Positions 49,408-61,417 of a stretch of 64,000 nt of DNA are shown here, piece after piece. The position numbers were made by a program, and so were the translations under genes. Source of the DNA: an uncultured delta proteobacterium (GTDB taxonomy: Bacteria; Myxococcota; Myxococcia; Myxococcales; Myxococcaceae); NCBI GenBank assembly GCA_963776345.1, contig CAVZMH010000016.1, positions 480,001 to 544,000 of the forward strand, read 5' to 3'. How positions within the stretch are numbered: the first letter of the stretch is position 1; the number at the start of each line of letters is the position of its first letter. A model generated the notes under the pieces. That model had not been told where the DNA came from. It saw only the letters and a list, made by a program, of their open reading frames with translations, and did not search any database.

Positions 49408-49867
49408 CCGGCGCGGATTCACTCTCCTCGAGGCACTCGTGGCGGGTGCCATCTTCTTCATCGCCGTGGTGGCGATCTCGCTCCTCGCGGTGAAGGGCGC
49501 GACCAACGCTTCGCAGGGGATGCGCTATGCGCAGACGGCGAGGCTCGCCACCCAGGAGATGGAGAAGTGGTCGATGCTGGGCTACCCGGGGCTGCAGACC
49601 GCCACCGGGGGAGTGTCCCCCTTCGTCGCCCCGGCCTACCCCATCTACGAGCAGCCCGACGGCGGTGGGAAGCTCTACAACGTGTCGGTCACCATCGTGA
49701 ACACCGCCGGGCCGCCGGGTCCGCCGGGCGCGCTCCCGCCGCCCGAGCTCGGGACCGGCAGCGTCGCCGTTCCCTCGTACTTCGTCAGCGTGCAGGTCAC
49801 GTCGCAGCAGGGCACCGACGGAACCCCGGTCACTGTGAGTCAGGCCACCTATGTCAGTCCGAACTGA
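49388..49867 (+). CDS. pilV: Minor pilin, PilV-like
   Basis: RG|FTLLEALVA, A..LATQEME and a C-terminal VSVQVT strand. Confidence 0.8.
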   Translation: MRPGVRSRRGFTLLEALVAGAIFFIAVVAISLLAVKGATNASQGMRYAQTARLATQEMEKWSMLGYPGLQTATGGVSPFVAPAYPIYEQPDGGGKLYNVSVTIVNTAGPPGPPGALPPPELGTGSVAVPSYFVSVQVTSQQGTDGTPVTVSQATYVSPN

Positions 49868-51038
49868 GCGGCGGCGTGCCTTCACGCTGCTCGAGCTGAT
49901 GGTCGCCGCAGCCGTGGGGCTGGTGATCATCACCGCGGCGATGGCTGCGTTCGATCTGCAGAGCCAGTTCGCCCGGAACACCGAGCGGCTCCTCTCCACC
50001 CAGGCCACGGCGGGCCTCGGGCTCACCATGATGCAGCGCGATCTGGAGAATGCCGGGCTCAGGTTCAGGGGCGGCGTGCAGGTCGACGCGGGCGTCGCCT
50101 ATGCCGCGGTGGTGCGCCCCTACGACGACCTCGGAACCGGCGTCACCACCCTGCGGAACGACCCGGGCGGAACCAGCACCGTCGTGGCGGTCGCCCCTCC
50201 GGCGGCGGGCTACATCCCCGCCACTGACGCGTTCGAGGTGCTGCAGGGCGGCCAGCAGGCCACGGCCCAGCGGCTGGCGGCACAGGTGGCCAGCGTGACC
50301 AGCCCGGCCCTCAACCAGCGGACGGTCAGGATTTCTCCCAATCCGTTCATCGCCAACGAGCTCGCCGCCGTCGGGAGCTTCGCCCCGGTCCTCATGTTCT
50401 GGAGCGAGGATGTGCATTGCATGGGTCGCGTGGTACCGCCCATTGCCGGCGGCCCCGTCGCCCAGGCGACGGTCCAGACGGTCGACCTGGACCTCGGCCT
50501 CTCCGGCACCCCGTGGCCCGCCGGCTGCCCCGCACCTCTGATGCAGGTGGAGGTCCTGCAGCAGCGGCACCGGTACCTCGTGTACCAGACCGCGGACGCC
50601 GTCGGCCGGCCCGCCCGGATCGGGCTGCACATGCAGACCAATCCCCCGTGCGACCCGGTCGGAACCGGGGTCCAGGTCTGCACCACGGATCTCCTCGCGC
50701 CGACGATGATCGCCGAGGGCGTGGACGACATGCAGATCACCTGGCGCGTCCCCGACGGTTTCGCGTCCACCACCGGCGGCTGGTGCCAGCGCGCACCCGG
50801 CGATCCGAGCTGCGGCTTCGAGCTGGCGACGGCGGCGTGGACGCCGGTCATCACCCAGCGCTCCGCAGCGATCTACGGGGCGCAAGTCATGCTCACCTCG
50901 CGGGGACAGGAGACCTTCGTGCGGCAGGGCGAGGCGGTCCCGCCGCTGCTCAACCACGTTCCCGCGACCCCCGTGGACGGGGTGGTTCGCTCCATCATGC
51001 AGACCTCCGTCCTCTTCCGGAACTCGGTGACTCCATGA
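49851..51038 (+). CDS. pilW: Minor pilin, PilW-like
   Basis: RA|FTLLELMVA, MQRDLENAG, IAEGVDDMQI and terminal FRN. Confidence 0.85.
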   Translation: MSVRTERRRAFTLLELMVAAAVGLVIITAAMAAFDLQSQFARNTERLLSTQATAGLGLTMMQRDLENAGLRFRGGVQVDAGVAYAAVVRPYDDLGTGVTTLRNDPGGTSTVVAVAPPAAGYIPATDAFEVLQGGQQATAQRLAAQVASVTSPALNQRTVRISPNPFIANELAAVGSFAPVLMFWSEDVHCMGRVVPPIAGGPVAQATVQTVDLDLGLSGTPWPAGCPAPLMQVEVLQQRHRYLVYQTADAVGRPARIGLHMQTNPPCDPVGTGVQVCTTDLLAPTMIAEGVDDMQITWRVPDGFASTTGGWCQRAPGDPSCGFELATAAWTPVITQRSAAIYGAQVMLTSRGQETFVRQGEAVPPLLNHVPATPVDGVVRSIMQTSVLFRNSVTP

Positions 51039-51625
51039 ACCGACCCCAGGCTCCCCGTGGCTTCGTGCTCCTGGTCGTGCTCGCCGCAGCGGCGGTGCTC
51101 TCGCTGATCGCGGCATTCATCTACAGCCGCACGGAGAACCAGCTGCTCCTCAGCGTCGCCTCGCGCGGGCAAAGCATCGCCGGCGCCCGGGCGACCCTCG
51201 CCGCCGAGCGGAAGCTCGCCATCTACCGTGCCAACTACCCCGGGGGACTCACCGCACTGACGCCGACCACCGACTATGCGACGGCGGTGGTCAACGGATG
51301 GACAGGTGACCGTGAGCTACAGAACCTCGACCGGGTCGCCTGGCCAGCGCTCGACGTCTCCAATGGAGGCGGCGCGAACTGGTGCACCGAGACCTGGCTG
51401 ATGAGCCGCGGACCCGGCGTCCCGCCCTGGACGGTGGTGGAGGCGTTCGGGTTCTACGGTTACACGGTGCAGACTGCCGGGGTGGACTTCGTCAACTGCG
51501 TGCCGCAGGGGAATCCACGCATGGTCTCCTCGCGGGTGACGTTGTACCTGGAGACGCCCCCGGGCGCGGGCGGCGCTCCGCCCGCCTGTCCGGCCTGCGG
51601 AACGGGAGCGGTGGGCGGCTCCTAG
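51035..51625 (+). CDS. pilX: Minor pilin, PilX-like
   Basis: RG|FVLLVVL, lacking Glu5 as is typical of PilX/GspK. ATGA overlap. Confidence 0.8.
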   Translation: MNRPQAPRGFVLLVVLAAAAVLSLIAAFIYSRTENQLLLSVASRGQSIAGARATLAAERKLAIYRANYPGGLTALTPTTDYATAVVNGWTGDRELQNLDRVAWPALDVSNGGGANWCTETWLMSRGPGVPPWTVVEAFGFYGYTVQTAGVDFVNCVPQGNPRMVSSRVTLYLETPPGAGGAPPACPACGTGAVGGS

Positions 51626-52320
51626 CTCGCCGGCGACACGCGCGCCGACATCCGCGCACGGATGGTGCGCTCGAGCTGCTGCACCACCTCCGACAGCGGC
51701 AGCACCGAGCTGTCCACCCGCACCGCGTCGTCCGCGGGCTTCAGGGGCGCCACCGCCCGCGAGGCGTCGTCTCGGTCACGCTTGGTCTGGTCGGCGAGCA
51801 CCGCGTCCAGCGTGCTCTCGGCGCCCTTCTGGAACAGCTCCTCGTAGCGGCGCCGGGCGCGGACATCCGGATTGGCCTCGAGGAAGAACTTGAGGTCCGC
51901 GTCGGGGAAGACCACCGTCCCGATGTCCCGCCCCTCGAGCACCGCCCCCACCGGCGCCTCCAGCGCCAGCCGCCGCTGGAGCCCGAGCAGCCCGTCGCGC
52001 ACCACCGGCCGCGCCGAGACCGCGCTCGCCAGGAGCGAGATCTCCGGGGTGCGGATCTCCGCCGAGACGTCCTCCCCGTCGAGGTACACCCGGTTCTCGT
52101 CCCCCACCGCCTTGAAGGAGATACGGATACGCCCGATGAGCCCGGAGAGGCCGGCGTCGTCCTCCACCGCGATGCCCTGGCGGCGGGCGGAGAGGGCCAC
52201 CGTCCGGTAGAGGGCGCCGGTGTCCACGAACGACAGCCCGAGCCGCCGCGACAGAAGCTTGGACACCGTGCTCTTCCCCGCTCCGGCCGGCCCGTCGATG
52301 GCGACGATGAAGGGGCGCAT
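51622..52320 (-). CDS. cmk: Cytidylate kinase
   Basis: AIDGPAGAGKST, DTGALYR and EGRDIGTVVFP. Confidence 0.97.
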   Translation of the reverse strand: MRPFIVAIDGPAGAGKSTVSKLLSRRLGLSFVDTGALYRTVALSARRQGIAVEDDAGLSGLIGRIRISFKAVGDENRVYLDGEDVSAEIRTPEISLLASAVSARPVVRDGLLGLQRRLALEAPVGAVLEGRDIGTVVFPDADLKFFLEANPDVRARRRYEELFQKGAESTLDAVLADQTKRDRDDASRAVAPLKPADDAVRVDSSVLPLSEVVQQLERTIRARMSARVSPAS

Positions 52321-52326
52321 CGGCGC

Positions 52327-53295
52327 TCAGCCGGCCACGGCGAACGGGCCCATCGCCCGGAACTTGCGGTAGCGGTCCTCGACCAGCGCCGGCCCGTCCA
52401 GGGCGAGCAGGGGGTGGAGGTGCTTCCTGAGCACCCGTCCGAGGTACTCGGCGGCCCGCGCCGGGTCCCGATGCGCCCCGCCCTCCGGCTCGGGCACCAG
52501 CTCGTCGACCACCTTCATGCCCAGGAGGTCGCGGGCGGTGAGCTTGAGCGCGTCCGCCGCCTTCTCCGCCTTGGTGGTGTCCCGGTAGAGGATGCTGGAG
52601 CAGGACTCGGGGCTGATGACCGAGTAGATGCTGTTCTGGAGCATCAGGACCCGGTTGGCCACCGCGATGGCCAGGGCGCCGCCCGAGCCGCCCTCGCCGA
52701 TGACCACGCTGACGATCGGCACGCGGAGCCGGCTCATCACCTCGAGGTTGGCGGCGATGGCCTCGGCCTGGCCGCGCTCCTCGGCGCCGATGCCCGGGTA
52801 GGCGCCCGGGGTGTCCACGAAGGTGAGGAGGGGCCGGCCGAACCGCTCGGCCAGCTCCATCAGCCGCCGCGCCTTCCGGTAGCCCTCGGGACGGGGCATC
52901 CCGAAGTTCCGGAGCATGTTCTCCTTCGTGTTCCGGCCCTTCTGGTGCCCCACCAGCATCACCGGCCGCCCGTCCAGCCGGGCCCAGCCTCCGACGATGG
53001 ACGGGTCCTCGCCGTAGGAGCGGTCCCCGGCCAGCTCGAAGAAGTCGGTGAAGAGCAGCTGGACGTAGTCCAGGAAGTAGGGCCGCTGAGGGTGACGCGA
53101 GAGCTGGGTCACCTGCCAGCGGGACAGATCGGAGAAGATCTCCGACTGGAGCCGCCGGGCCTTCTTCTCCAGCTTCTGGATCTCGGTGGAGAAGTCGCTC
53201 GGGCCGCTGCCGGAGAGCGCCTTCAGCTCGTCGATCTTCCGCTCCAGCTCGATCAGCGGCCGCTCGAAGTCGAGGGCGAACGCGGGGCTGGCCAC
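52327..53295 (-). CDS. accA: Acetyl-CoA carboxylase carboxyltransferase alpha subunit
   Basis: LDFERPL, RHPQRPY, PEGYRKA, DTPGAYPG and GEGGSGGA. Start at GTG 53295. Confidence 0.97.
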   Translation of the reverse strand: MASPAFALDFERPLIELERKIDELKALSGSGPSDFSTEIQKLEKKARRLQSEIFSDLSRWQVTQLSRHPQRPYFLDYVQLLFTDFFELAGDRSYGEDPSIVGGWARLDGRPVMLVGHQKGRNTKENMLRNFGMPRPEGYRKARRLMELAERFGRPLLTFVDTPGAYPGIGAEERGQAEAIAANLEVMSRLRVPIVSVVIGEGGSGGALAIAVANRVLMLQNSIYSVISPESCSSILYRDTTKAEKAADALKLTARDLLGMKVVDELVPEPEGGAHRDPARAAEYLGRVLRKHLHPLLALDGPALVEDRYRKFRAMGPFAVAG

Positions 53296-53299
53296 GGCC

Positions 53300-55234
53300 T
53301 CAGGCGGCCCGGGTCTTGGCCTGGGTGGCGGTGAGCGCGTACCAGGCGGTGCGGAAGGACTTGAGCTCGCGCAGGCCGGCCGGGTAGCGGCCCAGCGCCG
53401 GGGCAACGGTCACCGGAAGGCCGATCTTCTTCTCCAGCGCCTTGGCGACGTTGAGCTCCTGACGGCGGCGCTCCTCGGCGGCGGGGTCGGTGGTCTTCGG
53501 CAGGACGCGGTTCACCAGGACCCGCTCCACCGCCAGCTTCTTGCCCTGGAGCTCCTCGACGATCCGCTCGGTGCGGGCCGCGGCCAGGTCCTCACCCCGG
53601 GTGACGACCACGAACCGCGCCTCGGCGGGGTTCACCACCGCCTCCTCGAAGCGCTTCACGTGCTTGAGCAGCGCGGCGGCCTCGTCGGCCAGCTCGCCCA
53701 GGCCCTTGGACCGGTACTTCACCAGGACCGCCAGGAGGTTGGTCAGCCAGGTCCGCGCCAGCTCGGGCACCTCGAGGAGCCGCACGCCGGTGGACGAGGC
53801 CACCGGGTCCACCACGATGCGCTTGAAGCGCTCCTGGACCAGCGCGTCGGTCAGGACGCTCACCGCCGCCAGGTCCTCGAGGCCGGCCGGGGCGACGTCG
53901 AGCAGGTTCCGGAGCACCTCACGGTCCACGGCCTCCTGCTTGCCGAAGGACTCGAAGACCCGCTCGGCCTTCTCCCGCCAGCGCTTCCTCAGCGCGTTGA
54001 ACCAGCCGGGCACGTCCAGCTCGCGGGCGTAGAGCCCCTTGGTGCCCTTCACCTGGGTCTCGGTGTCGGTCAGCCGGCTCTGCAGCACGTCCGAGAGGCC
54101 GTGCGCCGGGTCGACGCTGATCAGCAGCACCGGCCCTTCCTTCTCGGTCAGCGTCACCGCGGCAGCGGCGGCGCAGGACGACTTCCCCACCCCGCCCTGA
54201 CCCACGAAGAAGATGAGCCGGGTCGGCGGCAGCGGCGGCGCGGCGATGGGCGGCATCGACGGCGCGCGCACCAGGGCCGGCGGCCCCTCGGCCGCGCTGA
54301 ACTCGAGGGCCTTGGTCTCCCTGCCCCCGGCGATCTCCTTGGCGAACGGCCGCAGGGCCTCCAGCCCGCGCGGCGCCTCGACCCGGCGCTGCACCAGGTG
54401 CACCGGAACGGTCTTGTCGAAGGTCTGGAACTTGCGGACGTGAGGCGCCTGGAGCCCGCGCCGGCCGACGAAGGCCGGGGAGCTGGCCCGCTCCTCCACC
54501 GCGTTGACCACGATCTCCGCCACCGGGATGCCGCGCTCGCGCAGCCCGGTGAAGAGCGCCTTGGTCTGGGCCTCGCCCACCGGCTCGGCCTGGGCCACCA
54601 GGTGGAACGCGGTCCGGGCCGGGTCCTTCACCAGCGCCCAGAAGCGCTCCAGCTCGGCCACCAGCTGGTCCAGCGGGGTGTCGCCGACGGGCGCCGCGTC
54701 CTTCTTCTTCCCGGTGGGCTTCTCGCCCCGCGCCAGGGCCACCGCCCGGCGGAGCAGGGTCGCGGCGTCGAACAGCCGGAGGGTGGGGCCGGTGCCGGCC
54801 ATGTCCACCACCGCGCGGTCGAGCTTCCCCGACTCGAGCTGGGCGACGACGTCGAGGAGCCCGAGCAGCGGCTCGAGCCCGGGCATCACGCCCGAGACCA
54901 GCTTTCCCACGTCCTCCTCGCCGAGGAGGAGGCCCTTGGCCGCCCCCGAGAGCAGCGCCGCGCGGATGGCCTCGGCGCGGGCCTGCACCGACTCGGTCTC
55001 GAACTCGTACGCCGACAGCCCACCCTCTCCCTTGCCGAGGACGAGCTTGGTGGGCTTCCCGGACAGGCGCTTCTTCCACACGTCCGAGAGGGCGCGGGTG
55101 GGCTCCGAGCTGCAGAGCAGCACCGTCTCCTTGGGAGCGGCGTCGGTCAGGGTCAGGGCGAAGGCAGAGGCCAGGGTGCTCTTACCTGCGCCTCCCTTTC
55201 CTCCGAACAGGTGCAGAACGGGTCCGTCACGCAT
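53300..55234 (-). CDS. Tandem-domain ArsA/Get3-family ATPase
   Basis: Two P-loops (GKGGAGKS, GQGGVGKS), SVDPAHGLSD and PGLE/AGLE. Start at ATG 55234. Confidence 0.9.
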   Translation of the reverse strand: MRDGPVLHLFGGKGGAGKSTLASAFALTLTDAAPKETVLLCSSEPTRALSDVWKKRLSGKPTKLVLGKGEGGLSAYEFETESVQARAEAIRAALLSGAAKGLLLGEEDVGKLVSGVMPGLEPLLGLLDVVAQLESGKLDRAVVDMAGTGPTLRLFDAATLLRRAVALARGEKPTGKKKDAAPVGDTPLDQLVAELERFWALVKDPARTAFHLVAQAEPVGEAQTKALFTGLRERGIPVAEIVVNAVEERASSPAFVGRRGLQAPHVRKFQTFDKTVPVHLVQRRVEAPRGLEALRPFAKEIAGGRETKALEFSAAEGPPALVRAPSMPPIAAPPLPPTRLIFFVGQGGVGKSSCAAAAAVTLTEKEGPVLLISVDPAHGLSDVLQSRLTDTETQVKGTKGLYARELDVPGWFNALRKRWREKAERVFESFGKQEAVDREVLRNLLDVAPAGLEDLAAVSVLTDALVQERFKRIVVDPVASSTGVRLLEVPELARTWLTNLLAVLVKYRSKGLGELADEAAALLKHVKRFEEAVVNPAEARFVVVTRGEDLAAARTERIVEELQGKKLAVERVLVNRVLPKTTDPAAEERRRQELNVAKALEKKIGLPVTVAPALGRYPAGLRELKSFRTAWYALTATQAKTRAA

Positions 55235-55287
55235 GGGATGTCTGATGTGCTCCGGCGGCCTTCGTGGCAACACCGGAGCGACCCCCA

Positions 55288-55317
55288 AGAATCCTCCGTT
55301 CGGGGGCAAAAAGTCAA
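55288..55317 (-). promoter_or_regulatory. Candidate sigma70 promoter for the ArsA-like/accA/cmk genes
   Basis: Minus strand TTGACT-18 nt-GATTCT within an AT-rich gap. Confidence 0.4.
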
Positions 55318-55515
55318 GGACGACCGGACGCGTCAACGCGCCACGTCACCGCTGATTCCTCAGTCATTCCAGCAGGTTCTTTTTTTATCGGGCGGAGGCT
55401 GTGAGGCCCCGGACGGCTCCGGCGCCTCGGGCTTCTTCCCCGGACGTGTCGGCCGGGCACGGACGCCGTCGGCATCGCGGAGGATCGGGTCGCCCCCGGG
55501 GCCGTGCCACCGCGG

Positions 55516-55965
55516 TCAGATCGGTCCCGGAGCGGCCGGCGGCGCCCCTTCGAGGCTCACCAGCTCGAGCTTGAGCTGGCCCGCGACCTCGAAGATGCGC
55601 GGGTCCCGGTAGAACTCTCCGTAGACGATGCGGACACACCCGGAGTTGGCGACGAGCTTGAAGCAGGGCCAGCACGGGCTCGCGGTGGTGTAGAGCGTCG
55701 CGCCGTCGATGCGGACGCCGTTCTTGGCCGCCTGGAGGATGGCGTTGGCCTCGGCATGCACCGTGGCCACGCAGTGGTTGTTCTCCATCATGTGCCCCAC
55801 CTCGTCGCAGTGGGGCAGCCCGCGGATGCTGCCGTTGTATCCGGTGGAGAGGATGGTGCGGTCACGCACCAGCACCGCGCCGACGTGCTTGCGGTCGCAG
55901 GTCGCCCGGGTCGCGACCTGCTTGGCGATGTCCATGAAGTACTGGTCCCACGAGCTCCTGGCCAT
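55516..55965 (-). CDS. dCMP deaminase (ComEB-like)
   Basis: WDQYFM, TGYNGS, HAEANAI and PCWPC. Confidence 0.93.
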   Translation of the reverse strand: MARSSWDQYFMDIAKQVATRATCDRKHVGAVLVRDRTILSTGYNGSIRGLPHCDEVGHMMENNHCVATVHAEANAILQAAKNGVRIDGATLYTTASPCWPCFKLVANSGCVRIVYGEFYRDPRIFEVAGQLKLELVSLEGAPPAAPGPI

Positions 55966-56023
55966 ACACCGCGGGACTTAACCACCCGGGCCCCACATCG
56001 GCCCGTGCCCCCCACCAGGGCGC

Positions 56024-58256
56024 TCAGCCGTAGCGCTTCCGGACCAGGAAGATGATGGCCTCCTTGGCGCACACCTCGCAGTACCCGTACCGCTCGCGCA
56101 TCGCGGCGAGCGTCTGCGCCACCTGCTCCAGCTCCCGGCTGGAGAGGGCGCTCCGCTCGCCCGAGAGGGCCTTCAGCACGTTCTCCGCCCCCCGGCTCAG
56201 GGCCCGCTTCCGCTCCTCGAAGAAGTGCGCCCGGAGCCGCCGGAGCAGGTCCGGAAAGATGCGGGCGTAGTCCATCGCCCCCTCGGGGTTCTCCAGCCGG
56301 TGCGCGCCGATCTGCCCGATGAGGCCGCGGCGGAACTCGCCCGGGTCGTCGCCGCGCGGCATGACGATGCCCTCCATCTCCGCCATGCGCTTCTCGTCCG
56401 GCCGCTCCATCTCCCCGGTGTGGCGGTTGCGCATCTTCTCGTTCTTCACCCAGTGCCGGACGTGCTGCACGTAGGTCTCGAAGAGCGAGGTGTACTGCTC
56501 GTCGGAGACCAGCTTCATCGACTCGCGCACCTCGGCGTCCACCGACTCGAGGTACTGCGCCTCGACGGTGCGCACGAACTCCTCGTGGTCGTGGTACCCG
56601 TCGACGACCTCCTCCTGGAGGAACTCGTAGACGCTCTTGTCGCGGGTGAGCGCGGTCAGCTCCTCGAGCACCGCCAGCGGGCTGAGGCAGGGCCGGTCCG
56701 GGTTCTGGGCGGCGTTGAAGAGCGCGGTCTTGATCTCCCGGGCCGAGGCGCCGGTGCGGCCCTCGTAGTTCGGGTAGGCGTCGGACTCCTGGTACAGCGC
56801 CGGGAGCCACTTCTTGAGCTCCCGGGCCTGGGCCAGGCTCAGCCGGTCCGGCGCGGCGCCGTCCTCGTAGAGCGCCATCTTCTCCAGCGGGGTGAGCCCC
56901 TCGAGGATCTCCCGCACGTCCGCCGGGTAGCGCTCGCGCACCGGCTTCTTCAGCCGGGTGAGCACCGCCCACTGCGCAGCCACCTCGGTCGCGTGCGGGG
57001 CCACGTGCTTGCCCACCGTCCGGGTGGTGACCTGCGCGTCGTAGATCTCCTTCTCCGCCTTCCACCGGCGGAGGTACGGCACCCGGACCAGCTCGATGCG
57101 CCCCTTGAAGCTGGCGAAGTCGGGCAGCTCCTTGAAGGCGGCGAGGTGCTTCTCGTTGCTCGAGGCGACCAGCACCTCGTCGAGCTGGAGGACGAAGTGC
57201 TCCAGCGGCACCTCGCCGGTCTCGCTGAAGCCGAGCAGGTACTTGAACGCCTCGAGCGGGCGCTTCAGGAGGTCCGCGTACTCCATGATGCCCCGGTTGG
57301 CGTTCACCAGCGGGCCGTGGGGCTCGAAGAGGACGACGTTCTGGAGCGCCGCCGGGAGGTTGGCCTGGCTCCGGTCCGCGGAGACCTGGTGGTAAGCGGC
57401 GTCCACGCTCAGGTGCGGCTCGACGGTCACCGCCCCCACCAGGTAGCGGCGCGAGAGGTAGAAGCGGCGGACCTGCACGTGCCGGAGGATGCGCAGCCAG
57501 TCGCCGTTCGACGCCGCCAGGAGCGCGTTGTAGATGCGCCGGCACTTGTGGCAGAGCTCGCCGTCGACGATCCAGTCGGCGAGGACCGCCTCGCCGTCCC
57601 CGGCCCGGCGCCGAGATCTTCAGCGCCCGCTCCAGCAGCTTCCGCCGCTCGTCGCGAGGCATGGCGAAGAGCGGGTGGTCCCGCATCTCGCACGTCACCC
57701 GGACCTCGACGCTCTCCTCGTCGAGGTGGGCGTAGGTGGTCAGCTCGCCGCCGCCGGTCCGCTCGCCGAAGCCGATGCTCCCCTTGACCAGCTTCTCGGA
57801 GGGAAAGATCCACGCCAGCTCGTAGAGCGCGCCCTGGGGCTCCCGCGAGTAGAGCTCCATGCCCCGCTTCAGGGCGTCCACCAGCGTGGACTTGGCCGAA
57901 CCGTTGGGGCCATGGAGCAGGATCAGCTTGTTCACCGCCCCGGCCCGGACGAAGTTGCCCATGAGCCGGTACAGCGCGTTCTGGACCTCCTCCTGGCCCG
58001 CCACCCGCCCCATCCGCTCACCGTCGGTGAGGTCGAACAGCTTGAAGCGCCGCATCGGCCCGGCCGGGTGCGGCACCGGCGCGGTCCCGAAGTGGTCCAG
58101 GACGTCCCGGAGGTACTGCGCGGAGTTGCGCACCTGGGCGTGGGGCCCCTGGAGGAACAGGTCCAGGTACTCCTCGAAGGAGAGGATGCTGCGGTCCTGG
58201 AGGAAGTCGCGGCTCACCACCGCGCCCACCTCCTTGAGGAAATCCTTCGCGCTCAC
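56024..58256 (-). pseudogene. PrkA/YeaG-family AAA serine kinase-like gene interrupted by a frameshift near 57600 (real lesion or assembly error)
   Basis: N-terminal frame has LLHGPNGSAKST. C-terminal frame has GPLVNANRGIMEYADLLK and GYCEVCA. The frames switch between about 57597 and 57619. Confidence 0.8.
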
Positions 58257-58392
58257 GGTCGGCTGCTCCCTCGGGAGCGGGCGCCCCGGCTCGCCCACCC
58301 ACGTCGCCCTTCAGTCTCCCTCCAGTCCCGACCGATGCGCCAGCACGCCCCCGAACGGCAGGCTGGCTTGCTAACCTCCGGGCCCGACCCTC

Positions 58393-59913
<1,521 letters not shown>

Positions 59914-59952
59914 GGCCCGGGGGGCGGCTTGCTGGCCCGCGCGCGCTGACCG

Positions 59953-61230
59953 CTACGCGGTCTTCTTCTCCTTCTCCAGCACCAGCTGCGGCGGCTCGTG
60001 CTTGGTCACCACTTCCTGGGTGATCTTGCACTCCCGCACGCCCTCCCGGTAGGGGACGTCGTACATGATGTCCAGCATCGCGTCCTCCATGATGGCGCGG
60101 AGGCCGCGGGCGCCGGAGCTCCGCCGCATCGCCTCGCGGGCGATGGCGCGGAGCGCTTCCTTGGTGAAGCTGAGCTTCACCTTCTCGATCTCGAAGAGCT
60201 TCTGGTACTGCTTCACCAGCGCGTTCTTCGGCTGGGTGAGGATGGTGACCAGGTCGTCCTCGCGCAGGTCGTTGAGCGTGGCCACCACCGGGAGACGCCC
60301 CACGAACTCGGGGATCATCCCGAACTTCATGAGATCTTCGGGCTCCACCAGCTTCAAGAGCTCGCCCACGGTTCGCTCGTCCTTGTGGACGATCTTCGCC
60401 CCGAAGCCGAGGCCCTTCTCCCCCACCCGACGGCGGATGATCGAGTCGATGCCGTGGAAGGCGCCGCCGCAGACGAAGAGGATGTTGCTGGTGTCGACCT
60501 GCACGTACTCCTGCTGGTTGTACTTCTTGCCGCCGCGCGGGGTGACGTTGGCCCGGGTGCCCTCGATGATCTTCAAGAGGGCCTGCTGCACGCCCTCGCC
60601 GCCGACGTCACGGGTGACCGACGGGGTGTCTCCCTTGCGGGCGATCTTGTCGATCTCGTCGATGTAGACGATGCCCCGGGCCGCCTTCTCCACGTCGTAG
60701 TCGGCGTTGTGGAGCAGGTTCTGGATGATGTTCTCCACGTCCTCGCCCACGTACCCGGCCTCGGTGAGGCTGGTGGCGTCGGCGATGGTGAAGGGGACGT
60801 TGAGGAAGCGCGCCAGGCTCTGGGCGAGCAGCGTCTTGCCGCTCCCGGTGGGGCCGATGAGCAGGATGTTGCTCTTGCTCAGCTCGACGTCCTCGTGCCC
60901 GGCGGCCTTCACCCCCGGGCGCGGCCGGGCGGGAGGCTTCTTCTGGTAGATGCGCTTGTAGTGGTTGTAGACCGCGACCGCGAGGACCTTCTTGGCGTGG
61001 TCCTGGCCGATGACGTAGTCGTCGAGGAACGACTTGATCTCGGTCGGAGTCGGCAGCGAGACCTGCGGCTTGCCCTCCTCGCGATCGTGCTCCTCGGCGA
61101 TGATGTCGTTGCAGAGCTTGATGCACTCGTCGCAGATGTAGACCGTCGGGCCGGCGATGAGCTTGCGCACCTCGCGCTGTGACTTCCCGCAGAACGAGCA
61201 GGACAGGTTGACGGTGTGCTCCTTCTTCAC
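59953..61230 (-). CDS. clpX: ATP-dependent Clp protease ATPase subunit ClpX (no adjacent clpP)
   Basis: CSFCGK...ICDEC zinc domain, [17 protein letters not shown] and LGF loop. Start at GTG 61230. Confidence 0.96.
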   Translation of the reverse strand: MKKEHTVNLSCSFCGKSQREVRKLIAGPTVYICDECIKLCNDIIAEEHDREEGKPQVSLPTPTEIKSFLDDYVIGQDHAKKVLAVAVYNHYKRIYQKKPPARPRPGVKAAGHEDVELSKSNILLIGPTGSGKTLLAQSLARFLNVPFTIADATSLTEAGYVGEDVENIIQNLLHNADYDVEKAARGIVYIDEIDKIARKGDTPSVTRDVGGEGVQQALLKIIEGTRANVTPRGGKKYNQQEYVQVDTSNILFVCGGAFHGIDSIIRRRVGEKGLGFGAKIVHKDERTVGELLKLVEPEDLMKFGMIPEFVGRLPVVATLNDLREDDLVTILTQPKNALVKQYQKLFEIEKVKLSFTKEALRAIAREAMRRSSGARGLRAIMEDAMLDIMYDVPYREGVRECKITQEVVTKHEPPQLVLEKEKKTA

Positions 61231-61417
61231 CCTCTCTGACCTCCAGGGCAGTGGCCCTGACCGACGATCGAGGACTCCAGCACAGACCCAGATGCCCGCG
61301 CCACCTCCGACGCTGCCGCGAGTGCGGGGTCCCTGTCCAATATAAGTCCCGGGTTCCAGGCACCGCAGGCGACTGATCCGCAACTGCCGCCGCGTGACTG
61401 CGCTCCCCTGGGGCGCC

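Noticed and set aside
53300..55234. Arsenic resistance pump ATPase
   Set aside because: No metalloid-binding Cys set, degenerate DTAPTGH motifs, and no arsR/B/C/D neighbours.
55370..55390. T-run as an intrinsic terminator
   Set aside because: No clear GC stem immediately precedes the T tract, and no + strand gene ends there.
61335..61375. Heat-shock-type promoter upstream of clpX (CTTATATT on the minus strand)
   Set aside because: Only a -10-like AT patch is visible, with no convincing -35 at the proper spacing.
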